From: Macrostomum lignano
Taxonomy: Eukaryota
NCBI GenBank assembly: GCA_002269645.1
Contig: NIVC01000366.1
Coordinates: 434,001-498,000, forward strand
DNA: 64,000 nt
Reading direction: 5' to 3'
Shown piece by piece: positions 1 to 16,329 of the stretch; the stretch's first letter is position 1; the number at the start of each line of letters is the position of its first letter. The notes beneath the pieces are model-generated. The model was not told the DNA's origin and searched no databases. It saw only the letters and a program-made list of their open reading frames with translations. Both the position numbers and the translations under genes were made by a program.

Positions 1-905
1 TAGAGAGATATGTGAGATGTTTTTAAAAAAGGTGATAGACGGGAGTTAGAGACAAGAGAAGGGGACACGAGTACAAAGAGAGTAGACACAAAGAGGAGAG
101 AACAGAGGATGCCTCCTAGAACGTGTCTCAAAGCAAGGCGGTCGGCCCAGGAGAGCTTGGCCTCCCAGCCCCTAGCCCCTAGCAACTGCCATGCAGCATG
201 CGTCATCACGTGCCGGGGGCCGCTCACGAATCGAGTTCATCAAAGCGACGCATTTATCTGGCATGTAAATTTAATCGGACATAATATTAGACTGGAAAAC
301 CTAAAAGGTAGCCAACCCACTTATTCACATAAATTTGGTAGTGAGGAATATGAGAAAAAAGGGAATTCTTTATCCTTATATTTGTCCTTAATTGGTGAAA
401 ACTTCAGTTGCAAATCAGCAGACCAGATCGTGCTTGAGCATGTTAATATTGTACACAGATTTTCACTAGCAGTTTCTGAATGATCTCAGCTACTCAATGG
501 AATCGAGAAGCTTAATAAATTTGATCTTCGACAATCTGTCCCGTTTGAAGATCTTTTTATAGCAATTATATTATATATATAACTGCATTTCTTGATTCTA
601 AATATACAGTTGGTCGTCCATGGCTGAGAATGCAAGAGTCAATTCTGAGTTCTCTGGTTGGCACGCAATCGGGCCTCAAGCTCTGTCAACCGCCTAGTTT
701 TCTGTGAGTGAGAGTTCCCTCCTCCATCAAAGGGCAACTCTTTGATAATCTGAGTTCTGTGACTCATGCGCTCCGATTCCCCGCGGGGAGTCGCTACAGT
801 TAAAAATGTCATAAAAATTCTATCAAGTCAAGACTGGGATGTGATAATGGCGTGAACAGGGGTTTGCTAAGGCTGCGAGAATGATTGCGTCACTTGCTGA
901 TGTGC

Positions 906-1266
<361 letters not shown>

Positions 1267-1948
1267 TGTATATTCACATTGCACTTAGGACCCAAGCATT
1301 AATTATGCATTGCACACACAAAGCCTAGCATTTCACTTCAATAAAGAACTCATATGCCTTGGAACGCTTTCTGCGCAGAAACACACAGCTTTAGCAAACG
1401 CTGCAGTTACTGCAAGCAGAAAGATAGACATTGAATGTCAGAAAGGCCACGCAACCAAATTTTAGAATGTGGGGGTGGTGGTGGCAGTGGTGGGGTCTGC
1501 CTGTCTGCAACGCATCGCGCGCCCTCGTACTCAAGTTTAGAGCAATTAAAGATGGTGACAGTCGAGCTCAGCTCATGAGCTACAGGCTATAAGCGAAGAA
1601 AAAGAAAGCTCTGGGCCAAGCGGAGTGCGCCACAGCTTTTTGAAAGAGAGCTGCGCTGCTCTGCTGTACACGATAAACAGAAATCTCCAAGTTAAAAGCG
1701 GTTCCATGGGGCTCTCTTTAATTTTTATGTTTAGCTTTTTTGCTCGGGTTGGTATGGTGTGTTGTGGGGGGGGGGGCTTGGAAGGACTTGTAGGAAATCG
1801 CCCTCCTCTGTCTCTCTCGCTGATTCGGCAGTGCAGAACTGGAATGATAAGGGCAGCCGAGGAGTGCGGGGCTGCTGCCGTCTGGAGTGAGCGCTGGCTT
1901 GGATCTTTTTCTGCATGCTTGTCGACAATTTAATTATCCAAGCATTGG

Positions 1949-2345
1949 CTATCTAACAACTTTTATCTAACATCTAGCTGTCTAACACTGGCTATCTAAC
2001 ATCTGGCTATCTAAAATCTTTGCTATCTAACATATTGGCTATCTAACATCTAGCTGTTTAACATCTAGCTACCTAACATCCAGCTATCTAACATTTTGCT
2101 ATCTAACATCTACCTGTCTAACATTTTGCTATCTAACATCTACCTGTCTAACATTTTGCTATCTAACATCTACCTGTCTAACATCTGGCTATCTAACATC
2201 TGGCTATCTAACTTCTTGGCTATCTAACATCATGTTTATCTAACATCTGGCTATCTAACATCTTGGCTATCTAACATCTAGATATCTAACATATTGGCTA
2301 TCTAACATCTTGACTATCTAACATCTATCGCTATCTATCTATCTT
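1949..2345. repeat. Degenerate ~15-17 bp minisatellite (GGCTATCTAACATCT)
   Basis: More than 20 recurring CTATCTAACAT cores in tandem. Confidence 0.9.
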
Positions 2346-2799
2346 AGCTACCTTTCTTACTACCTAGTAATTTAAATTATAAAAAAGCACCAGAAACAGC
2401 TTTTTTAACACAAGTTTTGACTCAGTTTTCCAATTCAAGCCTTCCAATAAAACTAAATTGAGAGTACAATGGAGAATACGCGGGGCGCTGCTCAATTCAG
2501 ACACTCTGTTTAAATTAGTGCTCCGCTAACAGCAGACATTCATAGATAGGCTTAGGAGAGAGAGAGAAGAGGAGAGAGAAGAGAGGCCAGGGGTTGGTAG
2601 CGCCGCCTGGGTTGGCCACCACGGTAGGCCATATTAAGAGCCTTATAGTTACAGCTAAGCTATCTGAGAAACTGCAGGTAATTAATAAAGACTCGCTAAG
2701 ATCTCCACGTAGCAAAGAAACACAGCCCCCAAAGCAATTCAAGCAATTAGGCTATCAAAGAGAAATCATTAGCATCAACAACATCAGCTTCCAGTGCAG

Positions 2800-4734
2800 A
2801 TGACGCCCGCCATCCCGAGTTCGTGGCTCATCGGCGCTCTCCTGATTTCAACGGCAACCGCAGTAGCGGCAGGTCGCTACGATTCAGTCGAGAACTGCAT
2901 CTGGGAGACGTGCTCGGTGGTGATCGTCAATCAGGCCAGTGACGAGACCGGACAGCGGACTCGGTCGCTGGTGCTGCACCGGTGCGACCCCATGAGCCGC
3001 TACCCGGAGAAGTGCATCGTGCCCGAGGTGGTGAACGACCCGGACGGCGTGACCAACTTCACAATGCGACGCGCCGAACTAACTGACATCGACGTCAGAG
3101 GCTTCTGCCAGTTCAAACGGCTGTCCGGTCTGGATCTGTCCGAGAATCGCATCGAGGAGTTTCGCTACCCGGCCGGGATGCCGCCCGGCTGCCTGTCGCG
3201 ACTTCGTTGGCTCAGTCTGCGTGGCAACCGACTGCACAGCGTGGATATTGCGCAATTCACTCGCTTCCCCGCGCTGGAGAAGATCGACCTGTCGGAGAAC
3301 GGCCTGCTGGAAGCGATGTACATCAGCAAGCTGACACCGTACACCCGCTTGAGCGCCATCATCGCTCAGAAGTGCCGCATCAAACGGGTGGACATCTCGC
3401 TAGTCCGCCTGCCGAGTCTGCAGGATATGGATCTGAACTACAACCAGCTGTCCGAACTCACCAACCGGCTCAACTGGACCTGGTCGGTGCGCGAAGTTCG
3501 CTCAATTGAAGAGGAGCGGAACCGCAGGAAGACCCGGGATCCGTACTATTACGCCAGGTTGTCGGTGCAGATGGTGCAGAATCAGTTCGGCTCCAGCGCG
3601 TTCGGCCGGCGCCGACTCTGGGGCCTGCCGGTGCCCGACCTTCTCGACGCCGCCGATTCCACCAGCCCCGACGACGCCGTGGTCAACGAGCTCAAACGGT
3701 ATCGCGACGCGTTCCAGTCGTTTCTGTACCTGGACCACGTCGGCTCCACCGTGTCCTGCGATTGCCGGCTGTTCCACGCGTGGAACTACCTGCGCCGGGT
3801 CTACGCCGACCCGTTGGAGTTCTCCAAACGGAACGCCCTGTCCATCGCCGAGTGGGTCGGCCTGCCCTGCGAAACGTCCACCGGATTTGTCGGTCCGAAA
3901 ACCATCGCCAGCCTCGAGGCCGAGGAACTCGTTTGCTCTCACCTGGACGGCTGCCCATCGAAGTGCAACTGCACCGAACAAGTCTCGCCTTCGGTGCTGA
4001 CTGTCGACTGCCGAGGTCGACAGCTCCGTGCGATGCCGGACCGGCTGCCGGAGAGCGTGCACCCGGTGCGCTATGCTCTGCTGCTGGGCGGCAACAGCAT
4101 CAGCGAACTGCGCGCTCTGCCGCCGAACCAGGCCCAGCTGGTGCAGCGGCTCGATCTCAGCGACAACCTGCTGAGCAGCGAGACTGAATTCGCGCCTCTG
4201 AGCGCCTATCCTCACGTGCACTCGGTGAACCTCAGCCGCAACTGGCTACTGACCGAGCTGCCGTCAAGTCTGTTAGCCAATGCCACCAGCCGTTTTCCTG
4301 GAGCCTCGCTGCACCTGTCAGCTGGTCAGCTGGTCTGCCATTGTGGCCTTCTGAAGCCCGATCAGGTCGCCCCCATGCGCTGGCTGCTGGCCAGCTACCG
4401 TCAGCTGCGCTGCCGTGTGGCTCCGGATGAATCCGCCTCTGCTGTCGGTTGGTCCAGCCGGCGCCGACTGGCTGCGCGCGGCGGCACCGTCCACGCCGAG
4501 GCGCTGTACCTGGCCGAGTTCCACCACCGGTTCTGCCTGACGGTGCCGCAGCAGGCGGTGCAGAGCACCGCGAATCCGACAGTTTCTGATCAGCCACCTC
4601 CGGTGAACTCGGCCGCCAGTTCCAACGCTGTACTGTACATCATAGTTGTCCTGGTAGCTGCAGTGCTCATTGTGCTCATCTTTGTTTTACTCTGCTTGTT
4701 CAAATGCAAGCGAAAGGAGCGCAGCTCCCAGCCA

Positions 4735-4765
<31 letters not shown>

Positions 4766-5244
4766 TGTGCAACAGTGCTCAGTTCGCTCCAACTTACGAC
4801 GTTGCCAACCCGTCGATGCGGTACGTCAGCAGCTGCAGCGTCGGCCAGAGGATCTACGAGTCCAGCCTGTCGCCTGTCACCAAACCGCTGCTGGGCTCCG
4901 TCGCTGTCGACTATCCGATGTCGTCGCCGATTATCGGTGGCAGCGGCGGCGGTCCAGGCGATAATGTCAACAACAGCATCAACGACGACGCTAATAGCAG
5001 CGATTTTAGCAGCGGCGATCTGAGCGACACCGAATCTGCGGTGGCGGCGGCGTCGGCGGCGGCTCAACCAGCCTCCAACAGTCCGTACCAGACGGTGCGG
5101 CAGATGCTGGCGGTCGACCTGCCGCCGCCGCTGCCGCCGAGGCCCTCCCCGTCGGGTGTCAGCTACCAGCAGGGCCAGCAGCACCGGCAGCAGAGGATGA
5201 CACGAGTCATCCTTGGACTCCAGGGCAGCGGCACCAATGTGTGA
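2800..5244 (+). CDS. Intronless single-pass LRR transmembrane receptor (Toll-like ectodomain, no TIR), 814 aa
   Basis: ATG at 2800 (the track start at 2794 is GTG). Hydrophobic signal peptide; LRRs (LSGLDLSENRI, LRWLSLRGNRL, LEKIDLSENGL, LQDMDLNYNQL); LRRCT (VSCDCRL...C); LRRNT (CPSKCNC...VDCRGRQL); further LRRs (VQRLDLSDNLL, VHSVNLSRNWL); LVCHC cap; TM AVLYIIVVLVAAVLIVLIFVLLCLF; low-complexity tail. GC-rich coding-like composition; possible AATAAA at 5982. Confidence 0.9.
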
Positions 5245-5359
5245 GGCTCCAGGTGTGTGACTGTAGGATTGCATCAGCTGATCAGTACATTTCACTCCCT
5301 CGCTATTCCCACGAAAAGCACAGGCATTAACACTGGTGTCTGAAGTTGATCCTGTATTC

Positions 5360-5417
5360 ACAGACAGACAGACAGACAGACAGAGACAGGCAGACAGACA
5401 GACAGACAGAGACAGGC

Positions 5418-5450
<33 letters not shown>

Positions 5451-5453
5451 CTA

Positions 5454-5550
<97 letters not shown>

Positions 5551-5585
5551 CTAAGACAGACAGACAGACAGACAGACAGACACTA

Positions 5586-5630
<45 letters not shown>

Positions 5631-5633
5631 CTA

Positions 5634-5666
<33 letters not shown>

Positions 5667-5677
5667 CACAGACACTA

Positions 5678-5774
<97 letters not shown>

Positions 5775-5775
5775 G
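5360..5775. repeat. (GACA)n microsatellite with periodic CACTAA interruptions
   Basis: Directly visible; lies downstream of the LRR stop codon. Confidence 0.98.
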
Positions 5776-7023
5776 GCGAGCATTGCTGTTTTTCATTGCA
5801 CAGGTCACGTGACCTGATTTATTTTTACTGCCTCTCCAAGTTGTTGTGAAACTTCGACACCAAAGCTTATTAACTGCATTTGTAGCGTCCTGCACTAAGC
5901 TTTGCAAACCTCTTGACTAATTTCGTACATACTATTTTTTAACTACACATAAATGTACTTTTCTGCCATTCTACTTGTATGAATAAATATATAATATCAG
6001 GTATGTTGTCCATTGTCAGTCTTGATCAATTCTGGTATTTTTTTCTGCTAGAAATGAAATAAATGGACAAAATAAAGTACAATTTTAAGTCAATCTTAGC
6101 GGCTGTGTTAATATGTATGTACCGGACTATACATACGTACGAGTATTTAATCTCAAGGCAATAATGAGTGGCCTCGTCTCGTATGTTTACATCAGCTGGT
6201 ACAGGTCGGATCAGTTCTCTCAGCAGTCTTGAACTGTTTCAATATTGTTTGTTTCTCTCTAAGCCTTGCTTTAAGAACATGTTTAAGTAAGTCTAGGAAA
6301 GAATCTTTAACCAAAGTACGGTAGCGTTGGTCCTCCTTACCGTGAGTGAATTGCCCCACGAAGGAAATTCCTAAATGCAATTGCCATTATAACTGGTGGT
6401 CTACCGCAGCTTTTTAATTATTACATTTAGACCGTGTTGAAAAAAGTTAAAGATTGCAAATGTAAGTAAATAGAAAAAATCCAAGTCTGAGACTACTCAA
6501 TTCACAGGCCATAGACTAACTCAATTCACAGGCCATAGACTACTCAATTCCCAGGCCATAGACACCATCTCATTTCCAAAGCAATAGGTTACCTACTTTA
6601 CCTGTGTCTTTCGACACTGTGTCTTCACAAGGACGACTAAAGTAACGTATATATATACTTAAGTATTCCTTGTGTCTTCAGAGTAGATAACTGGTTAGAA
6701 CCTTCTCCAGGAGCTAGGCGAAGTGAAGAAATAATTACTGAAGTGGTTTGAGCAGGAAAGAAATGCTATAAAACTTTGACACCTGCTCTCGAGTTAAAAA
6801 ACTATAAAGATACTACGTGACACCCGGACTCTATGACGATTTTTCGGACAAGCTCAATCGATCATTACCAAGAGTCTGGGCGCGCTGAGACATATTTTTA
6901 ATGAGGATTAATACGTTCTCTATAAGTTGTGTAAGAGTGGCAAAAGGATAAGAGAGTTATGATTTAATTGCATTAGTAGAAGACGGACAGTTATACTAGG
7001 CGGCATGTTTAAGGGTGAGAGTG

Positions 7024-7600
7024 AGGAGGGTGACAAAGCGGTTAAGAGGGAGGGTGACAAAGCGGTTATGAGGGAGGGTGACAAAGCGGGTGAGAGAGGG
7101 AGGGTGACAAAGCGGGTGAGAGAGGGAGGGTGACAAAGCGGGTGAGAGGGAGGGTGACAAAGCGGGTGAGAGAGGGAGGGTGACAAAGCGGGTGAGAGGG
7201 AGGGTGGAAAAGCGGGTGGGAGAGAGGGTGACAAAGCGGGTGAGAGAGGGAGGGTGACAAAGCGGGTGAGAGAGGGAGGGTGACAAAGCGGGTGAGAGAG
7301 GGAGGGTGACAAAGCGGGTGAGAGAGGGAGGGTGACAAAGCGGGTGAGAGAGGGAGGGTGACAAAGCGGGTGAGAGGGAGGGTGGAAAAGCGGGTGGGAG
7401 AGAGGGTGACAAAGCGGGTGAGAGAGGGAGGGTGACAAAGCGGGTGAGAGAGGGAGGGTGACAAAGCGGGTGAGAGAGGGAGGGTGGCAAAGCGGGTGAG
7501 AGGGAGGGTGGAAAAGCGGGTGGGAGGGAGGGTGACAAAGCGGTTAAGAGATAGGGTGACAAAGCGGGTGAGAGGGAGGGGTGACAAAGTAGTGAGAGGG
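7024..7600. repeat. G-rich minisatellite, ~22-26 bp unit (GAGAGGGAGGGTGACAAAGCGGGT)
   Basis: About 22 tandem copies. Confidence 0.95.
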
Positions 7601-7964
7601 AGGTGGTTAGTTTGAGACTAGTTAAAATAAATTATTCTCATATCGTTACAGGCATTTTTCGGTTCTACTATGAAGTCAGCGTATCTTATATTCATCCAAT
7701 TATAGCTCGCCTCTCGCCTCTATACACTGCCTCTCGCACTGCGGACTGATTGTCAAATTAATGATTATACCTGAAATGCGATTCACAGCTGGTGGGTGAG
7801 GCATCAGGCATAAAAGTGTAGTGCAGTTTATTGTGCGATCATTCTTACTGCACAAGGTTTAGTTGTTTGGCATTGATCAGCGAACCAAGATGAAGTTTCT
7901 CAGCATGCAGTACACAGTAATGCTGTTAGACTTGAGCCACAGTGAGCACTGATTAACGCCAACT

Positions 7965-8795
7965 CACTCAGCCACCCATTCACTCAGCCACCGATTTACT
8001 CAGCCACCGATTTACTCAGCCACCGATTTACTCAGCCACCGATTTACTCAGCCACCGATTTACTAAACCACCCATTCACACAGACACTCATTCATTCACT
8101 CAGCCACCCATTCATTCACTCAGCCACCCATTCATTCACTCAGCCACCCATTCATTCACTCAGCCACCTATTCATTCACTCAGCCACCTATTCATTTACT
8201 CAGCCACCCATTCATTTACTCAGCCACCCTGAACTGAGTTTAGATTGCTGATTGAATGAGTGAGTGGCTGATTGAATGAATGGGTGGCTGAGTGAATGAG
8301 TTGCTGAGTAAATGGGTGGCTGAGTGAATGGGTTGCTGAGTGATTCACTTAGCCATCCTGAGTCACTCAGCCACCCATTCATTCACTCAGCCACCCATTC
8401 ATTCACTCAGCCACCCATTCATTCACACAGCCACCCATTCATTCACTCAATCACCCATTCATTCACACAGCCACCCATTCATTCACTCAATCACCCATTC
8501 ATTCACACAGCCACCCATTCATTCACTCAATCACCCATTCATTCACACAGCCACCCATTCATTCACACAGCCACCCATTCATTCACTCAGCCACCCATTC
8601 ATTCACACAGCCACCCATTCATTCACTCAGCCACCCATTCATTCACACAGCCACCCATTCATTCACTCAGCCACCCATTCATTCACACAGCCACCCATTC
8701 ATTCACTCAATCACCCATTCATTCACACAGCCACCCATTCATTCACTCAATCACCCATTCATTCACTCAGCCACCCATTCATTCACACATCCACC
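7965..8795. repeat. 16/20-bp minisatellite (CACTCAGCCACCCATTCATT) with an internal inverted block at ~8250-8345
   Basis: Forward units 7965-8230 and 8360-8795; reverse-complement units between them. Confidence 0.93.
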
Positions 8796-9371
8796 CGTGA
8801 GCTCAACAGTCACCTTAAAAATGCATCAAAATTTCAGTTTCAGACTCACAAAAAGATGAGCCCATCCAACTCAAACCAAATTCTCATTTTTTTCCTATTT
8901 AACTTCCTGCATCGTTCCTACAAAAACTACAAAACTGAATCCATGTCAAGATCGGAAACAGCTAGGGGTTTCAACAATGAATCCGACAACTGAAAAAAGC
9001 AGATTTCTGCAGATTTCGCAACAACACAAAAAGCAGACTTGGTAGCGAGGCCGAGAGAGGCAAAGCAGAGTCGCGACTAGGAGCTTTTTATGGCCCATGA
9101 TTTCTTTTCAATAAATGCCGCTCGAGTGCGGGGCAGCCGATGCAGGCTCGGGGTGGGGGGGGGTCACGCGAGCTCGCTTTGAAACTGTGAAACTTTTATT
9201 GAGAGGCGCTGCTTTAAATTTGAGAATTTTGCGAATTAATCCACTGCTGCTACTGCTATGCAGGCCAGTTTGGTGCAAAGTCAAATTGTACAGCTTTTAG
9301 GCTGGACTGCGGTGTTGCAGAGTGGAGTGTGTGCACTATGGAATGACTGGCGAGTACATGTGGGCAAAAAT

Positions 9372-9428
9372 GATAGATAGATACATGATAGATAGATAGA
9401 TAGATAGATGATAGATATATATATATAT

Positions 9429-9502
<74 letters not shown>

Positions 9503-9511
9503 GATAGATAT

Positions 9512-9542
<31 letters not shown>

Positions 9543-9794
9543 TATATATATAGATAGATACTCGTAGATAGATAGATAAATAGATAGATGGATGATAGAT
9601 AGATAGATTCTCCTAGATAGATAGATAGATAGGTGGACAGATAGATAGATAGATAGATGGATAGATAGATAGATGGATAGATAGATAGATAGATAGATAG
9701 ATGGAGAGATAGATAGATAGATAGATAGACAGATAGATAGATGGAGAGATAGATAGATGGAGAGATAGATAGATGGAGAGATAGATAGATGGAG

Positions 9795-9874
<80 letters not shown>

Positions 9875-10078
9875 GGAGAGATAGATAGATGGAGAGATAG
9901 ATAGATAGACAGATAGATAGATGGAGAGATAGATAGATGGAGAGATAGATAGATAGATAGATATAGAGACTGATAGATAGATGGATAAATGTAGATCTAT
10001 AAAAATATAGATATAGAAGATAATTAGATGAAATAGATATTAAATATAAAAGATCTACAAATATAGATTTATAAAAGA
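9372..10078. repeat. (GATA)n microsatellite decaying into AT-rich GATA-like sequence; left flank of the Helitron stack
   Basis: Directly visible; similar GATA/GACA-like sequence resumes at 34047. Confidence 0.95.
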
Positions 10079-13454
<3,376 letters not shown>

Positions 13455-13546
13455 TCTATACCTATAAAAACCAAAACTCTGTCTGTCTGTCTGTCTGTGG
13501 ACAAATTACTTCGCTATGGACTCCATAGGACTCCATATGGACTCCA
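13455..13546 (+). mobile_element. 92-bp Helitron 5' fragment ending in a triplicated GGACTCCAT
   Basis: Starts TCTATACCTATAAAAACCAAAACTCTG and matches the family 5' end up to CTATGGACTCC; a new 5' end begins at 13547. Confidence 0.85.
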
Positions 13547-15610
13547 TCTCTACCTATAAAAATCAAAACTCTGTCTGTCTGTGGACAAATTACTTCGCTA
13601 TGGACTCCCAAACCGCTCAACCAAATTACACCAAACTTTACACCCACCCTAAACTTACTACGGAGAATGTCTTAGGCTACCTTTTAATTTCCTAGACTCA
13701 AGTCTTCCTACCTAAAAGTACAAAAAACTGCTCAAAATGCGCGATTTTTTCACTAAATCCTCCATAGCGCCGCTCCACTTCTACCGATCCTCTTCAAATT
13801 TGACACAGATAATCTTTAACTATTTTGGCACAATCGTGTAAAATTTCGAGTATCAAAGTTAATCCTGAGCGGTGCTGTGCGCTTTTAAAGTTAGGCTGTT
13901 TTTTTCAGCGTAGCAACCACCCCAACCTCCGCCCGCCTGCCTCTCTTACCCGATCTGGGCCCAGATGTGTAAAAGGGTTTCAAAATTGACTAACTTTCAG
14001 CTGCCATAAGTTTGCTTCACGTAAAGCGATTGACTTCAAACTTGACACAATTCTTCATTGACCCATTCTCTGTCTAAATGTAAAGTTTCAACTCTGTAAC
14101 TCAACCGAAAAAGAAACTGTAAGCATGTGAAGTTTGTCTGCTTTTTCTGTTGTTTGTGCCACTCACTCACTCATTCCCCCAGAGCCAGACGAAGGGTCAG
14201 GCGATAGGACTGAATGTACATAGCAAATGTACAGTGTTTTGGAATAACTTTATTTATAGCCTTCTCTGCACCCGAGAGTGGAGAGGCTTCGTTTAGCCAT
14301 AACAGTTTAGTGAGAAATTCTAACCACTGCCCTCCCTCTGTATTGGCAAACTCTGCAGCAGTTTAACAGTGGATGGCAATTGGCAATTGGCAAATCGAGG
14401 GAATCCAGCATGGTTTGTAAAAGCGAAAGATTTATGAAAAGGCGATGCGATGCAATGAAATACAACCCTACTAAATTAGGCACACCGCACACCATGGAAA
14501 TTTTAAGTTTCTCTTAAAAGTACTCTAAAATTTAAATGGCCTCCTAAGAAATGCGTATTTCCTTGGTTGTTAGACTGATGCAGACTGCAGTGGAGCTGAA
14601 GATACACAAATTCCTTTCAGGGCTGCAAATTGGCAAGAAAGATGACGTGAACAAAGCATGAGAACAACTATGAGAGTAGTACGTCCCACAAACTGGCTTT
14701 CGAAGCAGGGATCGGCAGACTTTTACTTCAAAAGCCAGATAAAGAATCCAGCTTATGTGCGGGCCAGATGAGAGTGGAAAGGAGAAGGAATAGACTAATT
14801 AGTATTAGAAGAGAGGAGAGGCGAGAGGGGGATAAGAGAAAACATGGAAGATAAGAGGAGAGACAAGTGGTGAGGAGAGAGCAGAGAAGAAGGGAGGAAG
14901 AAGCGAGAGGAGGGGAGAAAGGAGGGAGAGGAAAGAGTAAATGTAAGAAGAGGGGAGAGATGAGACAGAGGATCGATGAGAGGAAAGTAGAGAAGAGTGA
15001 GAAGAGAGTAGAGATGAGAGAGCAGAAAGAAGATGACAGAGGGTCAAGAGGAGGAGAGGAGAGGAGAGAGTAGAAAGGATAAAGAAGAGAGGAGATAAGA
15101 GGGGAGAGAGGAGTGAGAAGAGAAGAGATAGAGATAAGAGAGGGGTGTAAGAAGAGGGGAGAAAGGAGAGATGAGATTGTAGAGATGAGACAGATTAAAG
15201 GAGAGATGAGAGAGTAAAGATGAGAGATGAAAAAGGTGAGAGGAGAGTGCAGAGAGACGAGAGAAGACAAGAGAGGGAGACAGTATAGAAGAGGGAAGAG
15301 AAGAGAAGAGGAGAGGAGAAAGGAGAAAGGAAAGAGAGGAGTCAGAAGAGGTGAAAGAGAAGAGTACAGAGGAGATAAGTGAGAGAACGTATTAGAGAGT
15401 AAAGATGACAGATGAGAGAGCAGAGATGAGGGTGAACAGACGAGAGATGGGAGAGTAGAGAGAACAGAGGAGAGATAAGAGAGAAGAGATTACAGAGACT
15501 AGAGGAGAGAGGAGAGACAGGGAGAGAGAAGAGGAAATAGGAGAATGAAGAGGGGAGAGAGTAGAGAGGAGAAGAGAGATGGGAGAGGAGAGATAAGAGA
15601 GAGAGAGAGG

Positions 15611-15675
<65 letters not shown>

Positions 15676-16329
15676 GAGCAGAGAGAAACGAGAAGAGATA
15701 AGAGAGAAAAGATAAAAGAATAGAAAGGAGAGATGAGAGAGTAGAGGAGAGAGTTAAGAGATGAGAGAAAAGAATAGAGAGGAGAAGGAAGAGACGAGAG
15801 AGAAGAGGGGGAGAGAGGAGAGAGGAGAGGAGGGTCAACGAGAAACGAAAACGAAAACGAAAAAGTAGAGAGGAGGGAGGAGAGGAGAGAGAAAACAAAA
15901 AGTAGAAAGGAGAGAGGAGAGGAGAGAGAAAAGAATAGGGAAGAGATGAGGGAAGATATGAGAGAAGAGAGGAGAGAAGAGAGAGGAGAGACGAGGGACA
16001 AGAGAGAAGAAAGGAAACAGAAGAGACGATAGAAATTTTAAAGGATCCAAGGGACATAGGGAGAGTACATATTGGCCAGAGTTTGCCAATACATGTTTTA
16101 GAGTCAGACAGACATTGCCTGACATTCTGCGCAGTACCCAGCCAACAATATCAACGTTTGCCTCAAACCCTAATTTTACACGAATGTGCTCCATTTTATG
16201 TCTACCTCTATCCTACTAACTATTAACAAGTTTTTGTTTGTGTATGGCCTTAGATTTCAGAATACGTGTAAAAGTAGTTCCGGGTATTGGAATTCCCCGG
16301 GTTCAAAATCCGCGGGTTTCAACAGCTTG
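13547..16329 (+). mobile_element. Non-autonomous Helitron, copy B (2783 bp)
   Basis: 5' TCTCTACCTATAAAAATC; 3' ...TTTCAACAGCTTG; RepHel remnants at ~14533-14707 and ~16106-16170 flank a GA-rich tract. Confidence 0.9.

Noticed and set aside
109-483. 124-aa ORF at the window start
   Set aside because: No recognisable motif, mixed composition and no splice context; cannot be supported as a gene.
2800-5244. Bacterial contamination or horizontal transfer suggested by a GC-rich intronless ORF
   Set aside because: Signal peptide, Cys-capped LRRs, a TM segment and a polyQ tail are metazoan features, and the exons of the spliced ligase gene are similarly GC-rich.
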